Shown piece by piece: positions 8,775-18,508 of a stretch of 30,554 bases of DNA. Numbering within the stretch: position 1 is the first letter of the stretch; each line of letters starts with the position of its first letter. Made by a program: the position numbers and the translations under genes. This stretch comes from an uncultured Actinomycetota bacterium (GTDB taxonomy: Bacteria; Actinomycetota; Actinomycetes; JAFAQI01), in the NCBI GenBank assembly GCA_963770565.1, contig CAVYQE010000003.1, positions 1 through 30,554 of the forward strand, given 5' to 3'. Below the pieces are notes generated by a model. It was given only the letters and a program-made list of their open reading frames with translations. It did no database searches and was not told where the DNA came from.

Positions 8775-9692
8775 CTAGATCCCGCGCCCGCGCCGGTTGA
8801 GCGTGATGATGATGCGGTCGGCCGGCAGCCCGGCGACGACGGCGAACGTGAAGGCCCAACGCGGGTCGCTGACCCGCTGTCTCATCCCGCGCAGCGCCCA
8901 GGTCATCGCCTCCCGGCGGTGTCCGAGCGCGGCGTGCGAGAAGGCCAGCTGGCCGTAGATGCGGGCCGCGCCGTGCCGGTTGTTCTTGAGATCGGGATGG
9001 TGGTCAAGCATCCAGGTCAGGTCCGCGATCCGGCGGGCGTAGACCCGGCCGGCCGACGTGGCGCCCCAGTTGACCAGCACCAAAGGTTCGTCGACGTGCG
9101 CGAACGGCGCCTTGTCGGTGACCCGCAGCTGCAGATCCCAGTCCTCGACCGAGCTCCCAGGAATCGTCTCGTCCTGCAGACCGACCTCGTCAAGTAGCCG
9201 GTCACGCCAGGCCACCAAGGAAGAGGAGTGCAACATCGCCATTCGGGTCCGGCAGAGCATCTCGTGGGTGATCAGCGTGCTGCCGGCTCGCCGGACCGTG
9301 CGTCGGCCGTCGTAGTCGACCTCGATCGCCGTCGTACACATGAGGCTGGACGGCACCCGGCGAAGCTCCTCGACCTGGCGGCGCAGCTTGCCGGGCAGCC
9401 AGGTGTCGTCGTCGTCGCAGAAGGCGATCAGATCGGTGTCGCTGGCGAGGGTGCCGCTGTTCCGGGCGCCGCATAGGCCGCTGGACCTGGTATTCGGGAT
9501 CACGCTGACCCGCGGGTCGGCGAAGTCCGGGATCGGCGGGTCCTCGTCGGTCCGGTCCGCGACGATGATCACCCGGAGCTCGCCCGGGTAGTCCTGGCCG
9601 AGGATCGACTCGACCGCTTCGGCGAGCTCCTTGGGGCGGCTCTTGGTGGGGATGGCCGCGGTGACCGATGGCCAGGTGTCAACCATGGTCAT
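8775..9692 (-). CDS. GT2 family glycosyltransferase
   Basis: VTAAIPT, SILGQDY, ARNSG, AFCDDDDTW and EDWDL. ATG at 9692 overlaps the upstream stop (ATGA); the extension to 10049 in the ORF track is spurious. Confidence 0.92.
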   Translation of the reverse strand: MTMVDTWPSVTAAIPTKSRPKELAEAVESILGQDYPGELRVIIVADRTDEDPPIPDFADPRVSVIPNTRSSGLCGARNSGTLASDTDLIAFCDDDDTWLPGKLRRQVEELRRVPSSLMCTTAIEVDYDGRRTVRRAGSTLITHEMLCRTRMAMLHSSSLVAWRDRLLDEVGLQDETIPGSSVEDWDLQLRVTDKAPFAHVDEPLVLVNWGATSAGRVYARRIADLTWMLDHHPDLKNNRHGAARIYGQLAFSHAALGHRREAMTWALRGMRQRVSDPRWAFTFAVVAGLPADRIIITLNRRGRGI

Positions 9693-10627
9693 GACGGACC
9701 GACGCCGTTCGAGGCTCCACGGACCCGGTACAGGGCGCGCAGGCCCGCAGTCATCGCGCCGACCACTCTGCGGTCGCGCGGCCGGAGGTGGGTCAGCCAG
9801 TCGTCGTCCCGGCGGATCTCGAGCGGCCCGTTGTGGAATCGCAGCGGGTTGCCCGAGACGGTGTGGTTGGGCCGCAGCGTTGCCTGATGGTCGACCACCG
9901 GCAGCTTGACGTCCGCCGGGAGACCGGCGAAGTCGAGCACCCGGCGCAGATGCCGGGCCGGGTCGGCGACCAACGCCTCGTAGTGCAGGCGGAGCACCGG
10001 GACTCCCAACTTCGACAGGGCACTCATCGCCACGTTCTCCCCGGTCCACAGTGCCGCGGCGCCGGCGGTCGTGTAGCGGTTCATGAACTGTTCCTCGTCG
10101 CCGGCCTCGGGCCGCTCAACGGTCTTGGCCCACGAATAGGCCACGGCCCGCGGATCTCTGACGATGTGGACCGCGCGCAGATCGATGCTCTTGTCGGTGC
10201 GGAGGCAGTAGGCCAGCGACGGGTGCTTGCTCGAGTCGACGATGACCTCGGCTCCACTGACTTGGTACGCCGCGTCGTAGATCGCGCGAAACATCGCGAC
10301 GTACCGATGGACCTCTGCGCCGGGCCGAGCGAGTACGGCGGGCACATGCCGGAGTCGGTCGACGTGCGCGCGCATCGCCGCTACATCGGTGACATCGACC
10401 TGCGCCCACCCGCCGAACGCGAGCTGGCCGACCTGCGTCCAGAACGGACACGTGAGGAACGGCTGTCCGCACCCGCAGGTCTCGTTGCGACTGATGCCGC
10501 GGACCCAGAGGTGCACGATCTCGCCGAGGGTCTGAACGCCGTCGACCTGCCCAAGGAGGCGCTCGAGGAGAGTCGAGCCGCTTCGCCCCAGGCCGCCGAT
10601 GAACAGGACGCGCGGTTGGGCGGTCAT
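9689..10627 (-). CDS. PAPS-dependent sulfotransferase A
   Basis: 5'-PSB loop GGLGRSGSTLL, DSSK, 3'-PB HIVRDPRAVAYS and LHYEALVADP; Cys motif CGCGQPFLTCPFW. Start is 10627 or 10681. Confidence 0.9.
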   Translation of the reverse strand: MTAQPRVLFIGGLGRSGSTLLERLLGQVDGVQTLGEIVHLWVRGISRNETCGCGQPFLTCPFWTQVGQLAFGGWAQVDVTDVAAMRAHVDRLRHVPAVLARPGAEVHRYVAMFRAIYDAAYQVSGAEVIVDSSKHPSLAYCLRTDKSIDLRAVHIVRDPRAVAYSWAKTVERPEAGDEEQFMNRYTTAGAAALWTGENVAMSALSKLGVPVLRLHYEALVADPARHLRRVLDFAGLPADVKLPVVDHQATLRPNHTVSGNPLRFHNGPLEIRRDDDWLTHLRPRDRRVVGAMTAGLRALYRVRGASNGVGPS

Positions 10628-10879
10628 GGATGGTGGGCTGGTCCGGTCGTCAACGGTCCGCGCCCCCGCGCGGCTTGGCATGATCTGACCCTACCGAGCA
10701 CGATCAACGCTTATCGGAGAACGCATTGCCGTCACCCGGTTGGCCCAGTCATCGCGGTCCCCAGTCCGAGGTTTGTGCGTGAAACGGCTTGTCCAAGGTG
10801 CGGAATGCGATGTCGGGCAGCTAGAAACCGGCTACCGTCGACAGACACGTGATCTGCCGGCTTCCCCTGGAGTTTACCG

Positions 10880-12520
10880 ATGTCCGCCGCAGCGCGTCCG
10901 CGAACCGAGGAGCGGTCCGACCTGACTAACGACGCCGGTCAGCGGCCGTCCGCAGTGCGGGCGACTGCGCGGGGCGGCGCCGGCAACGTGGTCGGGGCGG
11001 CGACCACCGCATTGCTGAACCTGCTGATCGTCGTGGCGGTCACCCGCGGCTACGACAAGGCGATCGCAGGCACCGTTTTCACCGCGACCGCCGTCTATGT
11101 CGTGGTCGAAGCGATCGTGAAGCTCGGGACGGACATCGGGATCGTCCACTTCGTGTCGACCGCGCAAGCCCGCGACGAACGCGAGCGGGTCGCCCGACAC
11201 CTCTGGGCGTCGCTCGTCCCGGTCGCGGTGGTGTCGGTGATCGGCGCCGCCGTGACGTACGTCGCGGCGCCGGTCCTGATGCGCGCCATCGGCACCGCAG
11301 GTGCCCAGCACAGCGATCGGATGATCGTGCTCATCGTCGCGATCGGAATCCCGATCGGCGCAATCTACGACTGCCTCACCGCCGCCACCCGAGGGATGGG
11401 CCGGGCCCGGCCGACCGTTCTGGTCGAGAGAACGCTGCGCCCGGTCCTGCAAGCCGGCGGCGTGTTGGCTGCGGCGCTGGTCGGCGCCGGCACGTCCGTC
11501 GTGGTCTTCGCGTGGGTGGCGCCGTACGCCGTGGTGTTGCCGATCATGGGCATTCTCCTGGTGCGTCTGATGCGACGCGAAGACGTACCGCGCTACTCGG
11601 CGCACTGGCGTGAGGTGCTCGGAGAGGTGTGGCGATTCACCCTGCCCCGGACCCTCACCAGCGTCATTCAGGTCCTGTTGCAGCGGCTGGACATCATCCT
11701 GGTCGGCGCGATCCTGGGTGCGCCGTCAGCCGCGGTCTACACCGGTGCGACCCGGTTCGTCGTGGTCGGGCAGCTGGGCAACCAGGGCGTCGCCTTCGCG
11801 TTCCAGCCGCAGCTGGCTCGCCTGGTCGCGACCAGGCAGCTCGACGCCGGCCGGGATCTGTATCGGCTGTCCTCGGCGTGGATCGCCGGGCTGACCGCAC
11901 CTCTTTACCTTGCGGTCTGTGTCACCGCGCCCTGGTTGATCCGGATTTTCGGGCATCACTACCAGTCCGGCCTGTCGTCGATGATCATCGTGACCGGCGC
12001 GATGCTGGTCGGCAACGCCTGTGGACTCGTCGACCTGGTCCTGATCACCTTGGGTCGTACGTCGTGGAACCTGGCGAATTCCGCGGTCGCCCTGGCCCTC
12101 AACGTCGGGCTGGATCTGCTGTTGATCCCGCGGATCGGGATCGTAGGTGCCGCGATCGGCTGGGCGGTGGCGATCGTGGCCAACAACATCGTCCCGGTCC
12201 TGCAGGTGCGCTTCGCGTACGGCTTCAGCCCGCTGAGCCGGATCTGGGCCGAGCTGCTGCTCGTGGTCGGCGTTCTGTACGGCGCGCTGCCCGGCCTGAC
12301 CCTGTGGCTCTCCCACAGCAACTCCGCCGCGGTGCTTGGTGCCCTGGTCGTCGCGACCCTCGCCTACGCCGCGATTCTGTGGCGATCCCGAGAGACGCTC
12401 GGCCTGCACGATGTGATCGAGGGGCGGCGAGGCTCAGCCCGAGGCGGCGGGGTCGGCGGGAGCAGGCGGCCTGAAGTGCGGGTCGGTGGCGAGGGCGCGG
12501 AAAGCCCCGATCACGCCTGA
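10880..12520 (+). CDS. Wzx/MOP-superfamily polysaccharide flippase
   Basis: About 12-14 hydrophobic segments; QRLDIILVGAILG, AAVYTGATR, LLLIPRIGIVGAAIG; GGAG RBS at 10869-10872. Confidence 0.9.
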   Translation: MSAAARPRTEERSDLTNDAGQRPSAVRATARGGAGNVVGAATTALLNLLIVVAVTRGYDKAIAGTVFTATAVYVVVEAIVKLGTDIGIVHFVSTAQARDERERVARHLWASLVPVAVVSVIGAAVTYVAAPVLMRAIGTAGAQHSDRMIVLIVAIGIPIGAIYDCLTAATRGMGRARPTVLVERTLRPVLQAGGVLAAALVGAGTSVVVFAWVAPYAVVLPIMGILLVRLMRREDVPRYSAHWREVLGEVWRFTLPRTLTSVIQVLLQRLDIILVGAILGAPSAAVYTGATRFVVVGQLGNQGVAFAFQPQLARLVATRQLDAGRDLYRLSSAWIAGLTAPLYLAVCVTAPWLIRIFGHHYQSGLSSMIIVTGAMLVGNACGLVDLVLITLGRTSWNLANSAVALALNVGLDLLLIPRIGIVGAAIGWAVAIVANNIVPVLQVRFAYGFSPLSRIWAELLLVVGVLYGALPGLTLWLSHSNSAAVLGALVVATLAYAAILWRSRETLGLHDVIEGRRGSARGGGVGGSRRPEVRVGGEGAESPDHA

Positions 12521-13471
12521 GTCCGGGCCGATCTCCCAGGTCCAGTACGGCCGTGAGCCGACCGCTCCGTCGAAGTAGACGACGGCCTTGATCTGCGGCG
12601 ACGAAAGCGCGGGCAATGCGGCGCGCAGCCAGGCCGCGCGTTGGTCCGGTGAATAGACATGGGAGACGCCGAACTCGCCGATCATCACCGGCTTGTCGTG
12701 TTCCTTGGCCCAGGCGAGGAACGGCGCGAGCAACGCACCCGGCTGCTCCTGAGCGGAGTCCGGCAGGGTCGGGTCGGGGTAGGCGTCGGCGCAGATCCAG
12801 TCGACCTCGCTGTCGCCGGGGTAGAACGGCTGCGCCCGGCCGAGCGCGAAGCCTGCTGCGGTCGGGCACCACACCCAGGAGGCATTGGTGACGCCGGCGG
12901 CGGTGAACAAGCGCCGCATCCGATCCCAGGCGGCGATGTAGGCCGCCGGTGATGAGACGACGTCCGCAATGTTGGGCCGATCCATCTCCCAGCGGAACTC
13001 GAGGAAGACCGGGTAGTGCACCTGGGCGATCTGTCGAGCGGTCGAGGTGATGATCGCGTCGTCCTGCCCGCTCGCCATTTCAGGGATGTCGGTGCCCTTG
13101 ACCGAGATCAGCAGGTAGTGGCCGGAACGCGCGAGTGCCAGCGCGTATGCCGTGGGAAACGGGTGGTTCCACTGGAGGTAGACATGGGCGATGTCCAGCG
13201 GGCGGCAGGCGTCCTGCTGGAGGTCCGAGAACGACGCGAGGAAGTTCTGTTGGATGGCCCGCCCGTGCAACGAGTAGGCGCCGAAGTAGGCGCCGGAGGC
13301 CGGGACCGGCGGGGGGGACGGATGTGCTTGTGGGGCAACGGTCGCGGTCGTGAGGTTGCAGTGCGGGACCGTCACGATGGCGGGGGTGCTGCTGCAGCCG
13401 GCCAGGCAAGACAGGCCGGCCGCGAGGAGCGCCGCGATCGCCGCGGAGGTGGCGCGCCCCGGCCGGGTCAC
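12434..13471 (-). CDS. GH26-like glycoside hydrolase lipoprotein
   Basis: Lipobox LAGC after a hydrophobic stretch; FRWEMD, WVWCP, YPGDSEVDWICADAY and KPVMIGEFG; GTG at 13471 overlaps the upstream stop (GTGA). Confidence 0.85.
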   Translation of the reverse strand: MTRPGRATSAAIAALLAAGLSCLAGCSSTPAIVTVPHCNLTTATVAPQAHPSPPPVPASGAYFGAYSLHGRAIQQNFLASFSDLQQDACRPLDIAHVYLQWNHPFPTAYALALARSGHYLLISVKGTDIPEMASGQDDAIITSTARQIAQVHYPVFLEFRWEMDRPNIADVVSSPAAYIAAWDRMRRLFTAAGVTNASWVWCPTAAGFALGRAQPFYPGDSEVDWICADAYPDPTLPDSAQEQPGALLAPFLAWAKEHDKPVMIGEFGVSHVYSPDQRAAWLRAALPALSSPQIKAVVYFDGAVGSRPYWTWEIGPDSGVIGAFRALATDPHFRPPAPADPAASG

Positions 13472-14342
13472 GCTCGCCAGCTCGGCACCCAGCCGAGCCA
13501 CTCCGCCAATCGCTCGTCGTACGGGATGAAGTGGTCCTCGAGCCGGTGGCCGATCGCGTCGTAGATCGCCGCGCGGGGGCGGGCGTTGTGCTGCTCAACC
13601 TTGATGTCCGGGCAAGCGGGCAGGTCGAGGAAGCTCAGGACACGGTCGAGCACCGGCACCGGGTCGGTGAAGAACCGGTGGCTGTCGATCACCAGCATCC
13701 GCTCCCGGGCGATGACACCTTCCAGCCGGCTGAGCAGGTCGATGTACTGACCGCGGCGCACGTAGGCCTGATGTTGGTGGGCGTGACTGACGTACGTCGG
13801 GTCGTCGATGAGGCGCTGTTCCTCGCCGGCCAGACGGGACTCCTCGAGTTCGAGGGCGCGCTCGAACGACTCGGCCTCGAACCCACGGGCGACCTCGTGC
13901 GCGTGGGCAGAGTAGGCGCGCTCGACCGGGTCACGGATCAGCACCAGTAGCCGGACTCCTGGCAGGTCCCGCACGATCCGCGGCGCGGCCAGCGGATGGA
14001 AGCCGTAGTACGGGACTCGACTCGAAGACCACCGGTGCCGCGCCGGTGCGGCGCGCCGTCCTCCGCACGGTGGCGTCGAGCGGGAAATAGCTGCGGGTAC
14101 CAGCCGAGCCCGCGGTCATAGTGGGTGTCGAAATAGTGGACGCCCTTGTGCAGCACGGGTTTTAGCGCCGCCGGGTGCTGCGACAGCGCTCGATACATCG
14201 ATGTGGTGCCGCAGCGCTGACCGCCGGCGATCAGCAGATTGGGAACCGCTCTGAACCGCGCGGTCGCGCGGCCCACCCCGCCGACCGCCACCCGTTGTGC
14301 AGCCCGCTTGACCGGCTCCGGCAGCGTCGATCCTCGGCTCAT
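13468..14342 (-). CDS. PAPS-dependent sulfotransferase B (motifs like heparan-sulfate sulfotransferases); two apparent single-base insertions near 14097 and 14013
   Basis: Three frames join as AGGQRCGTTSMY...KGVHYFD...GLGWY|RSYFP...FESSP|YYGFHPLA...LIRDPVERAYS...VLSFLDL; both shifts lie in CCC runs; ATGA/GTGA coupling at both ends. Confidence 0.85.
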
Positions 14343-15577
14343 ACCGACCTCGGACGATTGCGGACCTCGCCCAGCGCGGCGTTGACGGCCGGCCGCAACC
14401 AGGTCGCGGTGTGCCCGGGCGTGTTGACCCGGGTGATCTGCCAGTCCGCCTCGTAGCGGACCGCGAGGGTGAGCAGGTGGGCGAGCGCGGTGATCCGAGC
14501 GGCCTGCGGGTCGGCCACGGTGCCCGGCACGATCTCCGCGGCGCGATCGACCACCTCGCGGGTCGCGGTCGGCATGTCGACCCCCTCGATCAGCAGCTGC
14601 TGGAGCCGGTAGTGGACCAGGTCCGAGCCGATGGGTACGCCGGAGGCGAACCGCTCCCAGTCCCAGATCAGCAGCCCGCTCTTGGTCTGCCACATGTTCC
14701 ACGGCGAGAAGTCGCCGTGGCTCGACCCGGTCGTCACATCGACGCCACCGGCATGGGCGCCGAGCGCCTCGTGGGCGGCCCGCAGCGGCTCGTAGTCGGC
14801 GGTCGTGGGGAACTGTTCGAGCTCTGCGGTCAGCCGCTGCCACAGCGGGGTGTCGGAGAGCGGCACGCGCTCGGCCGGATCGAGCTCGGCGATCGCCGCG
14901 GCGGCTGCTGCCACTTCATCGGGCTCGGGCAGCCGGCCCGACTGCCAGGCCGGCAACGGCGCCATGGTGAGGACTGCGAGGCCGTTGAACTCGGTGCAGC
15001 CGATCACGCTCGGTGCCGAGATCGATGCGGGCAGCCGGCCCGCGATTCGTTGCAACGCCGCCGCCTCTTGGGTCGCCAGCCGTTGGGTCAGCGGATTCGT
15101 CCCGACCTTGACGAAAGCGGCCGGAGTTCGGCGGCCACTGACCAACGCCTGCAGCACCGGCTTGCGATTGGCCCGGGCCGGCGTGAGGTGAATCGCCACC
15201 GCGACCGGCTCGGCCAGCAGCCCGCCGAGGTGGTCGTCGATGCCCGGCCGTCGTACGCCGCCGGGCGCCTCGACCGCGAAGGTGGGGCCGAGCCCGCGCC
15301 CGCCGGTGAGCGACATCAGGCCTGCGTAGCCGCGATAGCCCCAGCGGCCGGTGGTGCTGAGCCGGCCGCCGTACGAGCGAAGTGCGGCCGCGGCCGCGTC
15401 GCCCGGCGCCCGTGGCAACAGCAGGCGGGCGTGGTGGACGGAGGGGGCAACCGTGAACGCCCGGCCGGGCTCCGCGCGCCAGCCGCGGTCGGCCCGGACG
15501 AGTCGGGCACCGGGGAACAGCAAGGACACGGTCGCGCGGGCGTCCTCGAGCCGTTCGGCGGAGTCGACAGATCTCAC
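14339..15577 (-). CDS. APH/choline-kinase-fold phosphotransferase of unknown substrate
   Basis: RANRKPVLQ, AFVKVG, E-containing helix, HGDFSPWN catalytic loop and IWDWE metal-binding motif; GTG at 15577 overlaps the upstream stop. This is the C-terminal part of the artefactual 1423-aa ORF. Confidence 0.8.
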   Translation of the reverse strand: MRSVDSAERLEDARATVSLLFPGARLVRADRGWRAEPGRAFTVAPSVHHARLLLPRAPGDAAAAALRSYGGRLSTTGRWGYRGYAGLMSLTGGRGLGPTFAVEAPGGVRRPGIDDHLGGLLAEPVAVAIHLTPARANRKPVLQALVSGRRTPAAFVKVGTNPLTQRLATQEAAALQRIAGRLPASISAPSVIGCTEFNGLAVLTMAPLPAWQSGRLPEPDEVAAAAAAIAELDPAERVPLSDTPLWQRLTAELEQFPTTADYEPLRAAHEALGAHAGGVDVTTGSSHGDFSPWNMWQTKSGLLIWDWERFASGVPIGSDLVHYRLQQLLIEGVDMPTATREVVDRAAEIVPGTVADPQAARITALAHLLTLAVRYEADWQITRVNTPGHTATWLRPAVNAALGEVRNRPRSV

Positions 15578-16965
15578 GCGATCGCAGCCTGTTGGGCGCC
15601 CGGTGGGGGCGGGATCAGATTTCGCCACGACATCGCGACCGAGATCATCACCAAGGTCAGCGCGACCGGAAGGTTGTTGTAGAAGATGGTGTAGAGCAGC
15701 GCGAGCCACACGACGAGTCGCGCGGCGGCGCCGATCGCGCTTCGATCTCGGCGGAGCCGCCACCAGATCATGAGGAAGAACCCGACGTAGAGGATCACGC
15801 CGACGAAGCCCTCGTCGAACATGACCTCCCAGATTTGGCCGGTGCTGCCGATCGGTGCCGACCCGCACTTGGGGCAGGCGGCCGAGGGTCCGACCGCGAT
15901 CGACTGCGCGCTTCCGGTCGCTTTCCGGGTGCCGCCCCAGCCCATGATCGGCGACGCGAGAGCGCCCTTGAAGGCGTCCGCGTCGAGGAAGGCCCGGATG
16001 TCGTTGCTCGTGCCGTGGCTCGCGCGCGAGCTGACGATCGTGTGCAGCGGGGTGGCGAGGAAGGTCACCACGAGGATCGGGATCAGCGCGATCGTGGCCA
16101 GCGCCGAGCGGAAGTCGCCGCTGCGCGCCACCGCGGCGATCAGGAACACCAGCGAGGCAACCAGCCCGAACCACAGCCCGCGGTTGAGTGAGTACACGAT
16201 CGTGACGATCGCCAGGCCCATCACCGCCACGAGCGTCGTGCGGCGGCGGAACTTGGCCGGGTACCACATATAGAGGCAGAACCAGACGAGCAGGATCGAC
16301 AGGTTGTTCGCCCAGTAGTTCGTGTAGCTCCATGGCGCTGCCGGACGCGGCGATTGGTAGCCGAGGACGTTCTGCACTTGAGCGGCATTGGGGTGGATGA
16401 GCGAGATCGCGTAGTAGTTCGAGCGGATCGTATGCGGCAGCAGGTGCTCGAGTGGTGCGGTGAACTGGAAGTACGGCGAGGCGAGCCCGAGCAGGCCGCC
16501 GGCCACCGTCACGACGAACAGGATCGACAGCCACTTCTGAATGCGGCGCTGCGACACCTCGGCGACCGGGAGGTTGCCGATGTAGATCATTGTGATGGTC
16601 GCGCAGATCAGCTGGGCGAACTCGATGACGATGCTGATCGCCCGCCCGCTCAGTGTCCCCGACGTGGAGTTCGGCGCCGTGAACGGCAGCATGACCAGGC
16701 AGAGCACGTACCAGAACAGGAACAGCGCCCAGACCCCGAACGCCGGGGGCAGCTTGATCGGCCGGCGGCGCCACAGGTGCACGAGCATCGGCACCGTGAA
16801 GATCATGAACGCGAACTGGCCGACCCCCAGCACCCACCACAGCGGGTACAGGCACAGCGGCGCGGCGAGCGGCCAACCGGGTGGCAGCCGCAGCGCGCGC
16901 CTGGGGACCGCACCGACCGACTGACCTGAGCCCGCGAGCAGCGGCCGCTCGGCGAGTTGGGTCAC
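15574..16965 (-). CDS. Wzy-like polysaccharide polymerase / O-antigen ligase family membrane protein
   Basis: About 10-12 TM segments; RPAAPWSYTN, YSLNRG, SPIMGWG and GFVG; GTG start at 16965 within a GTGA overlap. Confidence 0.8.
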   Translation of the reverse strand: MTQLAERPLLAGSGQSVGAVPRRALRLPPGWPLAAPLCLYPLWWVLGVGQFAFMIFTVPMLVHLWRRRPIKLPPAFGVWALFLFWYVLCLVMLPFTAPNSTSGTLSGRAISIVIEFAQLICATITMIYIGNLPVAEVSQRRIQKWLSILFVVTVAGGLLGLASPYFQFTAPLEHLLPHTIRSNYYAISLIHPNAAQVQNVLGYQSPRPAAPWSYTNYWANNLSILLVWFCLYMWYPAKFRRRTTLVAVMGLAIVTIVYSLNRGLWFGLVASLVFLIAAVARSGDFRSALATIALIPILVVTFLATPLHTIVSSRASHGTSNDIRAFLDADAFKGALASPIMGWGGTRKATGSAQSIAVGPSAACPKCGSAPIGSTGQIWEVMFDEGFVGVILYVGFFLMIWWRLRRDRSAIGAAARLVVWLALLYTIFYNNLPVALTLVMISVAMSWRNLIPPPPGAQQAAIA

Positions 16966-18508
16966 TCCTGTCGCACGGGGGGCCGATCGAAGGCCCGGGC
17001 CGCCGCGTTGATCGGCGTCGAGCCGCCCTCCCGCTGCGCGTCGTGGCGGCTGTCCACCCAGGACCGGTGGACCCGGTGAAGCCCGCCGTGCTGGGTGCCG
17101 GACCACGCTCAGGGGTGACGATCACGGCACCGAGCAGGGTGGTCGGCGCGAGCCCGACCTCGTGCGCCACGGCGCGCAGGGCCTGGCGGGTGGTGACGCC
17201 GGCCTCGACGACGAGCAGGGTCGCGTCGGCGGAAGCGGCCGCGAGGTAGCCCTCGGCGTCGCGTTCGGCGTCGCCGCCGATCAGCAGGACATAGTCGTCC
17301 CGGTCGCGGCCCGCGGCGATCTGCGCCTTGAGGCCCACGGCGTGCAGCCCGGCCGGAGATCCGAACGAGCCGGGCTCGGCCCCGGCCGGTGGACGGCGCA
17401 AGAAGGCCGTCTCGGTCGGGTCCGCGGGATTCGGGGCCAACTGGATAATTCGTACAGTTGCGCCGAATCGCTGCAACTCGCCCGCAATTCGCGCGCCTAC
17501 CCGGGACGCCGCGGTGTTGGACGAGACGCCGGCAATGTAGATCGCCCGGCCGGGATCGATTCGCGAGGCGATCACGGCTGCTGCCTCGTGCTCGGGCCCG
17601 CCCACGCCCGGCTGGCGGCCGCGCTTGGAGCTTCGCGAGCGGCGGGGGCCCGAGCCGATGACCTCGATGCCGATTTGTTCGAGATCGTCATTGCTTCGGA
17701 TGGTTCGGGCGATTCGGTTGCGCTCCCAGGCCCCGAGTACGCCGACCAGGATGCCGAGCAGTAGCCCGGAAAAGACCAGAATATCCCGCTTAAGGGTGCT
17801 CTTGACGGCCGGGCTGGCCGGCGAGATCACCCGGCCGGGCACGATCGGGGTGTTCAGGGCATCGAGCTCCTCGTTGAGATTCTCGAGCTGGGCGCTTCGG
17901 TACTGGATCTCCTGCTTGGCGAACTGCTGCGTGGCCGAGCCGTTGGGCGCGTCGGCGTAGGTCTTGGTCGCCTGTTGCAGCTTGGCGTTCGCTGCGGCCA
18001 CCTGGGTGTTGATCGAGGTGATCTGCAGGTTCAGCGTCTGCCGGGCCAGCGCGGCCCGGTTGCTGAGGTAAGCGGTGGCGTAGGCCTGCGCGCCGGCCTC
18101 GGCGGCGCTTGCGGTTCGGGCCTTGTAGGTCAGATCGAGCACAGTGGTGTTGGCGGGCACCGTGACGGTGAGGCCGGCGGCAATTTTTCTTGTCGACGCC
18201 GACGAGTGGAGCAGGGCCTTGACGGTGGCCGCCATCGGCTCGGACTTGAGCAGCTGCGCCTCGGTGTCGAGGTTGACCGCGCCGGAGGTTCGGCCGTTGA
18301 CGACGTTTCCGGTCCCTTGGTCGGTGATGTCGGTGAGGACCAGGACGTGTGCGCTCGACGTATAGGAAGAGTGCAGCTTCATGCTCCCAACGACACCCAG
18401 GGCAACACCCAAAACGATGCAAACCGCAATAAATGGCTTATGCCGCCGCAGCGGTCGGGTGTAGTGCGCGAGGTCGTGGACGGCGCCGCCTGGCTGGGCT
18501 TCCTGCAT
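16962..18508 (-). CDS. Wzz/Wzc-like chain-length determinant (polysaccharide copolymerase); one apparent frameshift near 17060-17100
   Basis: TM1, YTSSAHVLV, NLDTEAQLLKS, coiled coil, VISPASP, TM2 (GLLLGILVG), then a degenerate kinase-like domain (DATLLVVEAGVT, LLGAVI). An alternative frame gives WVDSRHDAQ...PVRQE* with TGA at 16962-16964 overlapping the Wzy start. Confidence 0.8.

Noticed and set aside
12434-12520. 87-nt convergent overlap between the flippase and the GH26 lipoprotein
   Set aside because: Both tails are low-complexity; stop-codon scarcity at high GC or an indel explains it.
14339-15577. Aminoglycoside resistance gene
   Set aside because: Only the fold motifs match; its length and tight coupling inside a polysaccharide operon argue for a biosynthetic role.
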